Part shown: positions 22,770 to 33,377 of the stretch, in pieces
Layout of the letters: each line of letters opens with the position of its first letter
How positions within the stretch are numbered: the first letter of the stretch is position 1
Assembly: GCA_965220085.1 (NCBI GenBank)
Contig: CBDCOZ010000003.1
Span: 992,001-1,056,000 of the forward strand
Length of the DNA stretch: 64,000 nt
Source of the DNA: Candidatus Oxydemutatoraceae bacterium
GTDB taxonomy: Bacteria > Pseudomonadota > Gammaproteobacteria > Poriferisulfidales > Oxydemutatoraceae
Direction: 5' to 3'
Notes under the pieces: generated by a model
What the model was told of the DNA's origin: nothing
Seen by the model: only the letters and a program-made list of their open reading frames with translations
Database searches by the model: none
Made by a program: the position numbers and the translations under genes

Positions 22770-25024
22770 TCTCGCCGCAACGATACACAGCGTCGGAAGA
22801 CGCGCAGAATGATCGCGGCGCACTTGAGGAGGCCCAATGCGCCGAGGGCTTTTTTGAGGGTGTCTTTGCCAAAACGGAAGGTCTTTTTCAGAATGTTTTT
22901 GCCGAGATAGCCGAGGTGAGTAATGTAGTAGTCGGGGTCGGTGGCGGCGACCTGCTTGAGTTGCGCGGATGAGGGGTGGATTTTGATCTTGGCATCGCGC
23001 ATGATGATTGTCTCAACAGCGAACACAGTGAACAGATCGCAAGTATTATTTCCGGCCTTCAAAAAAGGTTGCAGACTTTCAAAATCATCGGCGCTATATA
23101 CTCTGGCGAATTTACCGAGGGTGTGCCGGTACTTATCCAGCGCTGCATCGCCGATGACATAAAGTCGGATTTCTCTGTGATCATCCGTTTGTATTTCACC
23201 CAGAATGTGTCGGTATCTGCGCAGCACCAATGCCTGTGACGGCAGGTGCCGATGCGTAGCGAGCCACGATGCTTTGGGTGCGATATTTGGCAAGTGCATA
23301 CAGTGGTAGATGCCGTTGGAAAATTTGGTCTCTATCCAAGTGCGAGTCTCTAAAGCGTTATGTGTCGCCGGCAGACAGTTATTGCCGAGTTGGTATTGAA
23401 TGTCCTTGGCCAGTGTTTGAATGTGCTTAGCGGCGGGCAATACGGCGCGGTAGCGATGCGCGGCAGCGCGGTGTTCCTGCTCGCGGTTTTCAAAGCGGCG
23501 CACGATTAGCGTTGTGTCGTCGTCAACCGGGACCTCGGCGGCAATGATGCGGCGATCGTTGATGCCTGGGTCCAACTGTGTTTCCATGACCCATTGCGCC
23601 GCTACGCCTCGCTTGTCCGGGCCCGTGCCATAAACTTGCGCTTGCTCCAGATCAACGAAGTCGGCGGGGGAACGTTGTTGTGCTTGTCCCCGATTGTAGC
23701 GGGCGTCCAGATCCCACGGTGTGATGACAGCGACGCGTCCCAGCCGCACCGCTTCGCATAGTAATGTCGACAGCCGTTGTTTGTTGCGCAGCACACCGCC
23801 GGCTTCGGCGTATTCGTGAATCAGGTAATGTTTCCCATCGCAAGGGACGGGTTCGGGCAGTGGCGGTTCGGCAAGCGGTTGAGGTCGAGGTGTCGGCCCT
23901 GATTTCCTTTTAGTAATGTCGGCCAGATAGGGGTTATTCAGTGAGAAGCGGAAAGAATTCAGAAAATCGGTGTTGATGTGCGCGTAGGCGCTGTTGTAAA
24001 TAAGCTCCTCTACAGCATAGACGAAAGTATTATCGGGATCACCGGGAGTAGCGAGAGGGGATCGGGTTGTTTGCAGTGTTCGTCCTTGCAGGTCGGTGCC
24101 ACCGGGCAGGTACTCTTTGTATTCAATTTCTCTGGCGAGCAGATGTTCGTCGTCTGTGATGGCACCCGGCGGCGGCAAGCGGCGGTTCAATTCGGGGAAG
24201 TTGCGGGCGGTGAAGACGCGGTAGTGTTTTTTCAGTTCATCGTGGTATTCGGTGTCTTCCATATTGCTCATGATGTACAGCGGCGCGTTCGGCACCGGCA
24301 GGAAACGGCAGATCATTTTCAGCAATTTGTCAGGGCACACCCAGAATTTCCATTTGTCTTCATAGATGAGGCGATCGCCTAAGCGCAGATGCAAGCAGGC
24401 ATAGGCGCCCGGGGGCATCTGCCGTTGCTTGTCGACAGTTCTGCAGCGTGGCAGAAAGTCCTGATCCGGCGGCGGTGGCAGGCCGTCGCCGAGGACATCG
24501 ATGATGCTTGCCGCCGCTTTGCGGATTGGTGCGGTCGTTTTCAATACTACGTTGTAATCCTGCTTCGGCAGTTTCTTCAAGCCGATATTCTTATACACAT
24601 AATTTGAAGCATTTCCCCATTTGTCACCGAGCAAGGTCGAGGTGTCGCGGATAATCAGCGCGTAACGGAGGTCGCTTTCTTCGTCGATGAAGTGATTTTG
24701 TTCGGCGCCGATGACTTTGATTTCCCCGGCTTTGAAGGCCGCAAAATCCAGATCGTTCTTGTCAATCCAATCCGGCGCCTTGGGGGCGTTGCCCGACTCT
24801 AAAATGCGCGATGCGTCAAGGTCAATCATATCGCCGATTGGGCGCATTTGTCGTTTGCCGAAGTTGTGCATTGAAGCGATGCACAGAGGGTGGAGCACGG
24901 CGATGCGATTCAACAGATAGGCCTCTTTTAGCACCCCCTGAAGAAGATGACGCTGATGCTTGAGTCCGCTCCAGATCTTGGTCGGCTTGGAAACCACATC
25001 GTAATAGAGATAGCGTTTATCCAT
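22766..25024 (-). CDS. Two-domain putative GT-B glycosyltransferase (fucosyltransferase-like), 752 aa
   Basis: Two copies of a YL...EA..L.R.AV...(H/Y)N.G module joined by a Pro-rich linker; YACLHLRLGD and LYIMSN in domain 1. Confidence 0.55.
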   Translation of the reverse strand: MDKRYLYYDVVSKPTKIWSGLKHQRHLLQGVLKEAYLLNRIAVLHPLCIASMHNFGKRQMRPIGDMIDLDASRILESGNAPKAPDWIDKNDLDFAAFKAGEIKVIGAEQNHFIDEESDLRYALIIRDTSTLLGDKWGNASNYVYKNIGLKKLPKQDYNVVLKTTAPIRKAAASIIDVLGDGLPPPPDQDFLPRCRTVDKQRQMPPGAYACLHLRLGDRLIYEDKWKFWVCPDKLLKMICRFLPVPNAPLYIMSNMEDTEYHDELKKHYRVFTARNFPELNRRLPPPGAITDDEHLLAREIEYKEYLPGGTDLQGRTLQTTRSPLATPGDPDNTFVYAVEELIYNSAYAHINTDFLNSFRFSLNNPYLADITKRKSGPTPRPQPLAEPPLPEPVPCDGKHYLIHEYAEAGGVLRNKQRLSTLLCEAVRLGRVAVITPWDLDARYNRGQAQQRSPADFVDLEQAQVYGTGPDKRGVAAQWVMETQLDPGINDRRIIAAEVPVDDDTTLIVRRFENREQEHRAAAHRYRAVLPAAKHIQTLAKDIQYQLGNNCLPATHNALETRTWIETKFSNGIYHCMHLPNIAPKASWLATHRHLPSQALVLRRYRHILGEIQTDDHREIRLYVIGDAALDKYRHTLGKFARVYSADDFESLQPFLKAGNNTCDLFTVFAVETIIMRDAKIKIHPSSAQLKQVAATDPDYYITHLGYLGKNILKKTFRFGKDTLKKALGALGLLKCAAIILRVFRRCVSLRRD

Positions 25025-26078
25025 GTCGGCGGCTCTTGCGGGCTGTGATAATCTGTCTGCGCATGCGTGCGGCGAATATCTTTCCGCGCGCATGCAATAT
25101 GCGCCATTTTGGCATATAAGCTTCCGCGCCGAGCAACGAAAAATCATGACGCATCCGCGCGCGCGAATGGAACATGACACAGGCGTGAGCCATGATGAAA
25201 AACTCCGCGCAATCGATAATCCATGGCTGGCATTCGGCGGCTTCGCCTCGGGCCAGATAGGGTCGCAGTTCCTCAAAGTCATCGCGGGTGCGAATATCGT
25301 AATGGCGCTTGAGCAAATCCACGGCGCGATGCGCGGCGCCCGCGCCGTAACCGTTCGTGCGCACATAGAACGGGATGCGGCATTCGGGCACCAGTCGCGC
25401 GATCTTTTTCAAACAGCGGCGGGCGGCAAAGACGGAATTTGTTTGCCGGCGAAGATCCACCCAGACATGAGAAAACGTCGTCTCCCATTGCTTGGGGGCG
25501 AGGGGGGCGGGTCTTAACATGGGCCGCAGTTGATGCAAATTGGGCGTGTCAAATCCTTGCAGCTTGGCAATCGTACGGTGCGCGAGCTCTTCGATATCGG
25601 CGGCGACGGGCATTTGTACGCAATGCCCGCGCGGATTCGCCGCTTCAAAGCATTGCAACGAATCCGGCGATGCGCCGCCCAAATCCCGAATCAGCACATC
25701 GGCGGCGTTATCGTCCTCGCTGATACGGTGAGCGCGGCTTGCGTCGATGACTTTGGCGGCGGCTTCCTCAAGTCCTGTGACATCGGTGCGCAACGCCCAT
25801 TGCAGCGGCGCGCCGTCTTTGGGTTGGCCGGGCCCGTGCAGGCGGCACCGGTCCATGGCTATCAATTGATGCGGCGCTTTGTTCACGCAGCGCCCGTCAA
25901 CACCGCGCAACTGCAGATGGCTGACGACGGCGGTGCGCCCGAGCAGCGCCGCTTCGCGCAGCTGACACTCCAGCAACGACATTTCTCCGGCGATATCGGA
26001 GCAGTCTTCGGGGCGCCGCCGGTAGAGCAGGTAGCGCGAAGCTTTGCCGCCGCTTGTGTTTTTAGAACTCCCGTTCAT
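25017..26078 (-). CDS. Paralog of the fucosyltransferase-like family with a degenerate donor motif
   Basis: RYLLY...LREAALLGRTAVV start and IPFYVRTN; same architecture as both neighbours. Confidence 0.5.
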   Translation of the reverse strand: MNGSSKNTSGGKASRYLLYRRRPEDCSDIAGEMSLLECQLREAALLGRTAVVSHLQLRGVDGRCVNKAPHQLIAMDRCRLHGPGQPKDGAPLQWALRTDVTGLEEAAAKVIDASRAHRISEDDNAADVLIRDLGGASPDSLQCFEAANPRGHCVQMPVAADIEELAHRTIAKLQGFDTPNLHQLRPMLRPAPLAPKQWETTFSHVWVDLRRQTNSVFAARRCLKKIARLVPECRIPFYVRTNGYGAGAAHRAVDLLKRHYDIRTRDDFEELRPYLARGEAAECQPWIIDCAEFFIMAHACVMFHSRARMRHDFSLLGAEAYMPKWRILHARGKIFAARMRRQIITARKSRRHG

Positions 26079-26081
26079 GCT

Positions 26082-27053
26082 TCATGAACTGTCGGTCAGC
26101 GCAAATTCGGTTTGACTTTGCGCGTGGCTGTGGATGCGCACAGTGGCGCTCTGAAGAATCACACGCTCAATGGCGAACAAACTCAAGTTGTCCCCGATTC
26201 TGTCGCCGTCGGGATAAAAGGCTCGCAGTTGCGGAAAGTCGTCGGCGAACTTGGTCGGCCAATAGCGTTTGATTTCAGAGAAAAATTCTTGGTCCCGGAT
26301 ATTGGTCATCAAATACAGCGGGATATCGCGTCCGGGCAGGCTGCGCTTTAGATTCTTAAATACCATTTGCGGCGTAATACCGGCCTTAAACAACGGGATG
26401 ATTGTCGTTATATCGCCGCCTCGCACATGTGCGCAGGCGTAAGCTCCGGCCGGGGCCGGGCGCCTGTTCGGCGCAAAAACCTCGGGGTCGCGGAGGCGAT
26501 AAGCGAAATCCATATGGGATCTGTTTATGCCGCCCAAATCGGCGATGACGCTTTGCGCAATGTCAGCGATGCGTTGCGCCGGTTGAAACGTGACGCGGAC
26601 CGTCGCGCGGTCGCTGCGAAAATTATCCAGAGCGAGACGCCATATGCTGAGTCGGCCGACTTGGCGGATGATGACCGGATAATCCCGGTTGTCTTGTTCG
26701 CTGATATGCGTATTTTCTCCCGCTCCAATGCGCTTGATTTCGCTTTCTGAAAATGCCTCTATGTTGAAATCTTTCCGCTCCGAACAGTTCATGGCGAACG
26801 AGCGAATGCCGTTCTCGTCCCCGAGCAAGATGTCAACACGAGGCGATACGAGATCGCCGAAAGGCTTTTGTAGCAAACGCCCCCAGTTATGTCGAGGCGT
26901 CAGATCGAAGGGCTGTAGCACGGGGATACGATTGAGCATGACCGCCTCGGTGATTAAGGCGGCAAAGTTGCTTATCCAATTATTGAAACCCGATGCAAAA
27001 CCATGCTCGGGTTGATACAGCAAATAGCGGGCGGAATCAGAGGCGTCGGACAT
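26082..27053 (-). CDS. Putative GT-B fucosyltransferase-like protein
   Basis: SGFNN...EAVMLNRIPVL...HNWG, YACAHVRGGD, LYLMTN and LFAIERVI motifs. Confidence 0.6.
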   Translation of the reverse strand: MSDASDSARYLLYQPEHGFASGFNNWISNFAALITEAVMLNRIPVLQPFDLTPRHNWGRLLQKPFGDLVSPRVDILLGDENGIRSFAMNCSERKDFNIEAFSESEIKRIGAGENTHISEQDNRDYPVIIRQVGRLSIWRLALDNFRSDRATVRVTFQPAQRIADIAQSVIADLGGINRSHMDFAYRLRDPEVFAPNRRPAPAGAYACAHVRGGDITTIIPLFKAGITPQMVFKNLKRSLPGRDIPLYLMTNIRDQEFFSEIKRYWPTKFADDFPQLRAFYPDGDRIGDNLSLFAIERVILQSATVRIHSHAQSQTEFALTDSS

Positions 27054-27435
27054 CGGCGGTTTTCATGCGCAACGGCCGCGCATGCTCAAACTGCCGCCGC
27101 GAACAGCCGCGTTCGGGCAAGCGCAAAGACTTTGCCGGCCAATATCATACGTTACGCGCCGGATGTTTTCCATGCGGATTTCAGGCAAGTCAAGCATAAC
27201 GGCTCATTATACACTCGCGAGTTTGCGCAAGGCTTAGGCTTTGAAAATGCGCCTCATCATGCGCCGGTGCGCACTCCCCGCCGCCCTTTGTTTGGGTTCG
27301 GGCCGAAGCGCTTGGTCAGTGGCTTTGGCAAGTTATCCCTATAATTCTCTCTCTGGCGCTGTTCATCTGTGGTAGAATATGCGCTTCGCTGCCGTTCTGG
27401 GGTAGCCAGATTCTTTTGATTATGGGGGTAAACCA

Positions 27436-27969
27436 ATGATAAAACAAGTAATTATTTTCGTGCTCGCAGCGTGTGTTCTTGTCGGCGGCGTGGCTTTTTC
27501 AAAACATCACGGTCATCACCACGGTCATCACCACGGCCACGGCGAATGGATGAAAAAATACGATTTGAATGCCGACGGAATGTTACAAGCGGCGGAGCAC
27601 GATGTAAAAGTGTCGGATAAGTTCCGGAAGATGGATGATGACAGTAACGGAGCGCTGACAGCAGAAGAGCTATCCGGCCACCAAGGCAAGGGCAAGTATT
27701 GTAGCAGACACAAACACAAAGGCAAGAACCGGATGAGCGAGGCCGACGCCGACGGCGACGGGGAAATCACCCAACATGAATTCACGACGATGGCGCAAAA
27801 GCATTTTGAAGAAAAAGACGCCGATAACGACGGTGCCGTGAGTCGCGAAGAGATGAAAGCATGGCACAAAACCCGCCGCGAAGAGATGAGGGGCGAGAAG
27901 TTTTTGCATCTTGACAAAGACGGCGACGGAGCGATTAGCCGGGAAGAGTTTATGGACGGCAGAAAGTAA
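27436..27969 (+). CDS. Secreted EF-hand protein with a His-rich N-terminus
   Basis: Signal peptide; HHGHHHGHHHGH; five DxDxDG-type loops (DLNADG, DDDSNG, DADGDG, DADNDG, DKDGDG). Confidence 0.85.
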   Translation: MIKQVIIFVLAACVLVGGVAFSKHHGHHHGHHHGHGEWMKKYDLNADGMLQAAEHDVKVSDKFRKMDDDSNGALTAEELSGHQGKGKYCSRHKHKGKNRMSEADADGDGEITQHEFTTMAQKHFEEKDADNDGAVSREEMKAWHKTRREEMRGEKFLHLDKDGDGAISREEFMDGRK

Positions 27970-28042
27970 GTGCCGTTGTTCTGTTCATATTTGGTTGCGC
28001 CGTTTCGGCGCCCGGCTCAAATCATTTTTGGAGACAGTCCGA

Positions 28043-28660
28043 ATGTCGGAACCTAACCGCGAAGCGGACACGGGCAATATGCGCCGCCGATTCCTGACCG
28101 CCGGCTTAAGCATTCTCGGCGGCATCGGCGGCGTGTTTGCAAGTTGGCCGTTTATCAAGGCTATGAGTCCGAGCAGCCGGGCAAAGGCCGCGGGGGTGCC
28201 GGTTGAAGTGGACCTCTCTAAAATTGGCCCCGGCAAGATGGTGCGCGAGAAGTGGCGCGGCAAACCGGTATGGATCGTTCGTCGTACGCCGGATATGCTG
28301 GCCACACTGGAACGTACCGAGAAGGCGTTGCGCGATCCGGACTCAAACGACTCGGTGCAGCCCGACTATACAAAAAACCGCTATCGTTCCATTAAACCCG
28401 AATATCTCGTGTTGGTAGGCATCTGTACGCACCTTGGCTGTTCGCCGTCGTATCGCCCGGATTCGGGCAACAGCGATGCCGAAGAGGGCGATAACTGGCA
28501 AGGAGGGTTTTTCTGCGCTTGTCATGGTTCGCGTTTTGATTTTTCCGGCAGGGTGTATCGCAGTGTGCCGGCGCCCAAAAACCTCGAAGTGCCGCCGTAC
28601 CACTTTGCTGGCGATAGCAAACTGGTTATCGGCAAATCATCCGCCGGGGAGACTGTTTGA
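28043..28660 (+). CDS. petA: Ubiquinol-cytochrome c reductase Rieske subunit
   Basis: Tat motif RRRFL; CTHLGC and CACHGS motifs. Confidence 0.96.
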   Translation: MSEPNREADTGNMRRRFLTAGLSILGGIGGVFASWPFIKAMSPSSRAKAAGVPVEVDLSKIGPGKMVREKWRGKPVWIVRRTPDMLATLERTEKALRDPDSNDSVQPDYTKNRYRSIKPEYLVLVGICTHLGCSPSYRPDSGNSDAEEGDNWQGGFFCACHGSRFDFSGRVYRSVPAPKNLEVPPYHFAGDSKLVIGKSSAGETV

Positions 28661-30051
28661 TGAAAACAGACAACGGCGGCTTGCTTGCTTGGATAGACCG
28701 TCGGTTCCCGCTAAGCAAGTTGTGGCAGGACCATCTCGCCAACTATTACGCGCCGAAAAATTTTAACTTCTGGTATTTCTTCGGGTCGCTGGCATTGCTG
28801 GTGCTGGTCATGCAGATAGTGACCGGCATATTCCTGACGATGCACTATAAGCCGGATGCAAATCTGGCTTTTGAGTCGGTCGAATACATCATGCGCGATG
28901 TGGAGTGGGGGTGGCTGATTCGCTATATGCACTCGACCGGCGCGTCGGCTTTCTTCATCATTATTTACCTGCATATGTTCCGCGGAATAATGTATGGCTC
29001 GTTCAAAGAGCCGCGCGAGTTGCTCTGGATTATCGGCATGTTCATCTACCTGGCTCTGATGGCGGAGGCGTTTATGGGTTATCTTCTGCCTTGGGGGCAG
29101 ATGTCTTACTGGGGCGCGCAGGTCATTATCAACTTGTTCGGCGCGATTCCGTTTATCGGCCCCGATCTGGCCATATGGATTCGCGGCGACTATGTCGTCT
29201 CGGATGCGACCTTGAACCGCTTTTTTGCATTCCATGTCATCGCTTTCCCGTTGATTCTAATCGGTCTTGTTTTCATACACATCCTTGCCCTGCACGAGGT
29301 CGGTTCTAACAACCCCGACGGCGTTGAGATTAAAAAGCACAAAGACAACAAAGGCAACCCGATTGACGGGATTCCGTTCCACCCTTACTACACGGTGAAG
29401 GATATTTACGGGGCGGTCGTGTTTCTGCTGTTTTTCCTGATCGTGGTGTTTTATGCGCCGGAGATGGGCGGATATTTTCTGGAGCATAATAACTTTGTTC
29501 AGGCAAACTCTTTGCTGACGCCGGAACATATCTCGCCGCTATGGTATTTCACGCCGTTTTACACGGTGCTGCGGGCGATTCCGGACCCTTGGTACGGCGT
29601 ATTGGCGATGACCGCTTCTATCGTTATCTTGTTTTTCTTGCCGTGGATAGATCGCAATCCGGTTAAATCGATTCGTTATCGTTCGGTGTTGCATAGAATC
29701 AATCTGCTGGTATTCGTCGTTGCGTTTATTTATCTCGGTTATCTCGGAACTTTGTCTGTCAACACATTTCGCACCGAGATGGCGGTTCGTTTCAGCGAGA
29801 TTTATTTCCTGTTTTTCTTTGTGCTGTGGGCGCATAGCCGTCCGCGCTCAACAGGGTTCAATCTGGGCTGGTTGCTTGCGATTGTTGCCGTAATCACTTT
29901 CTATGATTTCGTGCGCGGCTATGACGAGATATGGAATCTCATCGCATGGGGATGGCTGATTCCGACGGGATACCTCGCATTCCAACTGGTGTTACCGACC
30001 TTCACAAGGCTTGCCGAGGACAAGCCCGAGCCCGACAGAGTCGTGTCATGA
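28660..30051 (+). CDS. petB: Cytochrome b
   Basis: YAPKNFNFWY, RYMHSTGAS, PWGQMSYWGAQVI and FHPYY motifs; PLWY at the PEWY position. Confidence 0.96.
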   Translation: MKTDNGGLLAWIDRRFPLSKLWQDHLANYYAPKNFNFWYFFGSLALLVLVMQIVTGIFLTMHYKPDANLAFESVEYIMRDVEWGWLIRYMHSTGASAFFIIIYLHMFRGIMYGSFKEPRELLWIIGMFIYLALMAEAFMGYLLPWGQMSYWGAQVIINLFGAIPFIGPDLAIWIRGDYVVSDATLNRFFAFHVIAFPLILIGLVFIHILALHEVGSNNPDGVEIKKHKDNKGNPIDGIPFHPYYTVKDIYGAVVFLLFFLIVVFYAPEMGGYFLEHNNFVQANSLLTPEHISPLWYFTPFYTVLRAIPDPWYGVLAMTASIVILFFLPWIDRNPVKSIRYRSVLHRINLLVFVVAFIYLGYLGTLSVNTFRTEMAVRFSEIYFLFFFVLWAHSRPRSTGFNLGWLLAIVAVITFYDFVRGYDEIWNLIAWGWLIPTGYLAFQLVLPTFTRLAEDKPEPDRVVS

Positions 30052-30779
30052 CAGTAAGAAATTTGCTCCTGGCCTCATTGCTTCTTGCCCTGTCCTTTCC
30101 GGCGGCGGCGGCGGGCGGCGCGCAAAACACGGAAAAAATTGAAGTCAGTATCGACAATACCGCGGCGTTGCAACGCGGCGCCAAATACTTTGTCAATTAT
30201 TGTTTGAGCTGTCACAGCTCGGGCTATGCGAGGTATCAGCGGGTCGGCCGTGATCTGGGTCTGACCGATGCGATGGTCAAGGAAAATATGATATTCACGG
30301 ACAAGAAGATCGGCGACTTAATGTCGGTGGTGATGCCCGAAGCGGATGCCGCCGAGTGGTTCGGAGCCGCGCCCCCGGATTTGACACTGGTCGCGCGCTC
30401 GCGCGGCGCCGATTGGCTTTATGGCTATCTAAAGTCGTTTTACTTGGACCCCAAGCGTCCTATGGGGGTTAATAATCTGGTCTTTCAAGGAACGGCGATG
30501 CCGCATATAATGTGGGAATTGCAGGGCTGGCAAGAGCTTGTTGAAACGACCGATGCCAATGGTCATACCGCGCGGGAATTGCGCTTGATCAAGCCGGGCA
30601 CCGCATCGGAGGAAGAGTTTGATAATATAGCGCGTGATATGGTTACTTTCCTGGTGTATCTTGCCGAGCCGGCCGCTTTGGAACGTCAGGCGGTTGGCAA
30701 ATGGGTTATTCTTTTCCTGTTGCTTCTGCTCGGTTTTAGTTATTTTCTGTATAAGGAGTATTGGAAAGATGCCCATTAG
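30048..30779 (+). CDS. petC: Cytochrome c1
   Basis: LQRGAKYFVNYCLSCH and PPDLTLVARSRGADW motifs; C-terminal TM helix. Confidence 0.95.
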   Translation: MTVRNLLLASLLLALSFPAAAAGGAQNTEKIEVSIDNTAALQRGAKYFVNYCLSCHSSGYARYQRVGRDLGLTDAMVKENMIFTDKKIGDLMSVVMPEADAAEWFGAAPPDLTLVARSRGADWLYGYLKSFYLDPKRPMGVNNLVFQGTAMPHIMWELQGWQELVETTDANGHTARELRLIKPGTASEEEFDNIARDMVTFLVYLAEPAALERQAVGKWVILFLLLLLGFSYFLYKEYWKDAH

Positions 30780-31413
30780 ACGCAATTCTTCTATCGACAG
30801 GCAAGTCTCAATGACATTGTTCTCCGGCCCCATGTGTTTGGAGAGCCATCGTGTGCGGATGACTTTGGCAGAGAAGAGTCTCAGTTTTGATACCGTCCTC
30901 GTCGCCGAAGGCGAGGTGTGCAGCGATTTGCAACATGTCAATCCTCATCACAGTGTGCCGACGCTTGTGGAGCGTGACGTAGCGCTGTATGACCCGCGCA
31001 TCATCATGGAATATTTGGATGAGCGCTTCCCGTATCCGTCTTTGATGCCGGCTGATCCGATCACCCGCGCCCAGTTGCGCTTATCCATGCACCATATTGA
31101 AAACGGCTGGTTTGCTCACTTTAAAGATACCGGTTTGCCCAACAGAAGGCATGCGACCAAAGCGGCCAGAGAGCTCAAAGAGATGATCATAGGCAGCGTT
31201 GATATCTTCAAGGCCAAGCACTATTTCATGCACGATGAATTCACTTTGCTAGACTGTTGTGTCGCATCGCTATTGTGGCGTGTGCAAGGATTGAAAGTCG
31301 TCAACCTGAGAGATTACGCGCCGATTATGCAATACATGCGCCGTATTTTTTCAAGGCCCACATTTCGCCGCAGTCTGACAGAAGACGAAGCCGAACTCGG
31401 GGTCATGCACTGA
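30769..31413 (+). CDS. sspA: Stringent starvation protein A (GST fold)
   Basis: SHRVRMTLAEK, VPTLVERD and IIMEYLDERFPYP motifs; follows petC; alternative start at 30811. Confidence 0.88.
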   Translation: MPIRRNSSIDRQVSMTLFSGPMCLESHRVRMTLAEKSLSFDTVLVAEGEVCSDLQHVNPHHSVPTLVERDVALYDPRIIMEYLDERFPYPSLMPADPITRAQLRLSMHHIENGWFAHFKDTGLPNRRHATKAARELKEMIIGSVDIFKAKHYFMHDEFTLLDCCVASLLWRVQGLKVVNLRDYAPIMQYMRRIFSRPTFRRSLTEDEAELGVMH

Positions 31414-31452
31414 CCCCCCATATTGAATCTCTGTCATGACCAGACTGTCGGC

Positions 31453-32007
31453 TTAAGCCCGCCGCCACTTGATAGAGCAACCGATACTCGGAACCTGCTC
31501 TTCGGGGCCGCGTCCGGTTCGCGCCACGCAGACCATCGCATGATATAAATCGCGCCTTGCTCCTTTGACGTGTCGCATCCCGCTTGCGTCAAGCCGTCCG
31601 CGATATTGCAATTTATACTTGTTGTTATAGCCGAAGAAATCCGGTGTGCAAACCGCGCCGTACGCTCTGGCCGCTTCTTGCGTCTCGTCATACAGATAAG
31701 GAAACGGGAACTTGTATTTTTTAGCGACCTTTTTCATATTGGACGGAGAGTCCTCGCTGTATTCGTTCGGGTCATTGGACATGATGGCGACAGAACGGAC
31801 GCCGTGAGATTCTAATTCTTTTGTGTCCCGCACAATCTTATCTATGACGGCTTTGACGTACGGGCAATGGTTGCAGATGAACATGACAAGCAGACCGTTT
31901 TCGCCCATTAAATCTTGCGGGCGGTAATCGCTTCCGTCCGTGTCGGGCAGGCAAAAGCCGGGGGCTTTTAATCCGAATTCGCATACGGGTGTTTTTGTTT
32001 CGGCCAT
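31453..32007 (-). CDS. Thioredoxin-like (AhpC/TSA family) protein
   Basis: MFICNHCPYV, AVCTPDFF and PSIGCSIKW motifs. Confidence 0.9.
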   Translation of the reverse strand: MAETKTPVCEFGLKAPGFCLPDTDGSDYRPQDLMGENGLLVMFICNHCPYVKAVIDKIVRDTKELESHGVRSVAIMSNDPNEYSEDSPSNMKKVAKKYKFPFPYLYDETQEAARAYGAVCTPDFFGYNNKYKLQYRGRLDASGMRHVKGARRDLYHAMVCVARTGRGPEEQVPSIGCSIKWRRA

Positions 32008-32182
32008 CGTTCGCTTGGTTTTGTTTGTAAGGTCGTATTCTACATCATCTTGTTTGACAGCGCTCCGAAAGCGCTTTTGGCGTTGTATCCGCCGCCGTCG
32101 GGTGTTTCCTATCGCGCGGTTTTGATATAGAATATATGGCTAATCCGCACACCAGTAACATGATGAGTACCCGATAAATCCA

Positions 32183-33334
32183 ATGGCCAAACTATTCACC
32201 TCGGAATCGGTGTCCGAAGGACATCCGGATAAAATTTGCGATCAAATATCAGACGCCATTTTAGATGCCGCGCTGCGGCGTCATGAGCGCAGTCGCGTCG
32301 CTTGCGAAGCCTTGGTCAAAGATGATCTGGTCGTCATTGCCGGTGAGATCACGATTCCGGGGCAGGATGCCGATCGGGTCATTGATTACGATGCGATCGT
32401 GCTCGATGTGATTCGCGGCTGCGGTTACAACGACGAGTTCTATGGTTTTGATATCGATAAGTGTCGCATTGAAAAACACATTAGCGCGCAATCCGGCGAT
32501 ATCGGCGGCGGTGTTGATCGGGAAGGGGCGGGCGATCAAGGCATGATGTTCGGCTACGCCACCGATGAGACCGATACGCTGATGCCGGCCCCGATACACT
32601 ATGCGCACCGACTGGTTAAGCGGCATGCGGAGTTGCGGCGCAGCGGCGGTTTTGAATGGTTGGGGCCGGACGCGAAAGGGCAGTTGACGTTTGAATATGA
32701 CGATGACAACCGCCCGCGCAAAGTCCGCGCGGTCGTTTTTTCAACCCAACACAGCGCGGGCAAAGAGCGGGAGGAAATCGCTTCCGTTGTCCGCCATGAA
32801 ATCGCAGAGGCGGTATTGCCAAAAGAATTGCTGGACGACGACACCCCGTTTCATATAAATCCGACAGGCAGTTTTGTCGCCGGCGGCCCGGCGGCGGATT
32901 GCGGCTTAACCGGGCGCAAAATTATCGTCGATACCTACGGCGGAATGGCGCGTCACGGCGGCGGCGCTTTTTCCGGCAAGGACCCGTCCAAGGTCGATCG
33001 CTCGGCGGCGTATGCGGCGCGCCATGTCGCCAAGAATGTCGTTGCGGCGGGTTTGGCAAGGCGCTGTGAGGTGCAGGTATCGTATGCCATCGGGGTGGCC
33101 GAACCGACCTCTGTCAGCGTCGATACTTTCGGTACCGGCGCGTTGCCCGATCGCGAGATCGATAAGCTGATTAGGCAGAATTTTGACTTGACGCCAAAGA
33201 GGATTATCGAAGGCTTGCGCCTGTTGCGACCCGTGTATCGCCAGACCGCCGCCTACGGTCATTTCGGCAGGGAAGGAGAAGACTTTACATGGGAGCATTA
33301 CGATAAGGCTGACGGACTTAAAAACGCAACATGA
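32183..33334 (+). CDS. metK: S-adenosylmethionine synthase
   Basis: [19 protein letters not shown] and [16 protein letters not shown] motifs. Confidence 0.97.
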   Translation: MAKLFTSESVSEGHPDKICDQISDAILDAALRRHERSRVACEALVKDDLVVIAGEITIPGQDADRVIDYDAIVLDVIRGCGYNDEFYGFDIDKCRIEKHISAQSGDIGGGVDREGAGDQGMMFGYATDETDTLMPAPIHYAHRLVKRHAELRRSGGFEWLGPDAKGQLTFEYDDDNRPRKVRAVVFSTQHSAGKEREEIASVVRHEIAEAVLPKELLDDDTPFHINPTGSFVAGGPAADCGLTGRKIIVDTYGGMARHGGGAFSGKDPSKVDRSAAYAARHVAKNVVAAGLARRCEVQVSYAIGVAEPTSVSVDTFGTGALPDREIDKLIRQNFDLTPKRIIEGLRLLRPVYRQTAAYGHFGREGEDFTWEHYDKADGLKNAT

Positions 33335-33377
33335 AGCCGTCGCGAATTGCATACTATAAATAAGAGAGGTTATATAA

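Noticed and set aside
31414-31452. Absence of sspB after sspA
   Set aside because: sspB may lie elsewhere in the genome; this cannot be judged from one window.
32008-33377. SAM or SAH riboswitch before metK or ahcY
   Set aside because: No recognisable consensus by eye, and the metK-ahcY gap is only 43 nt; an Rfam scan would settle it.
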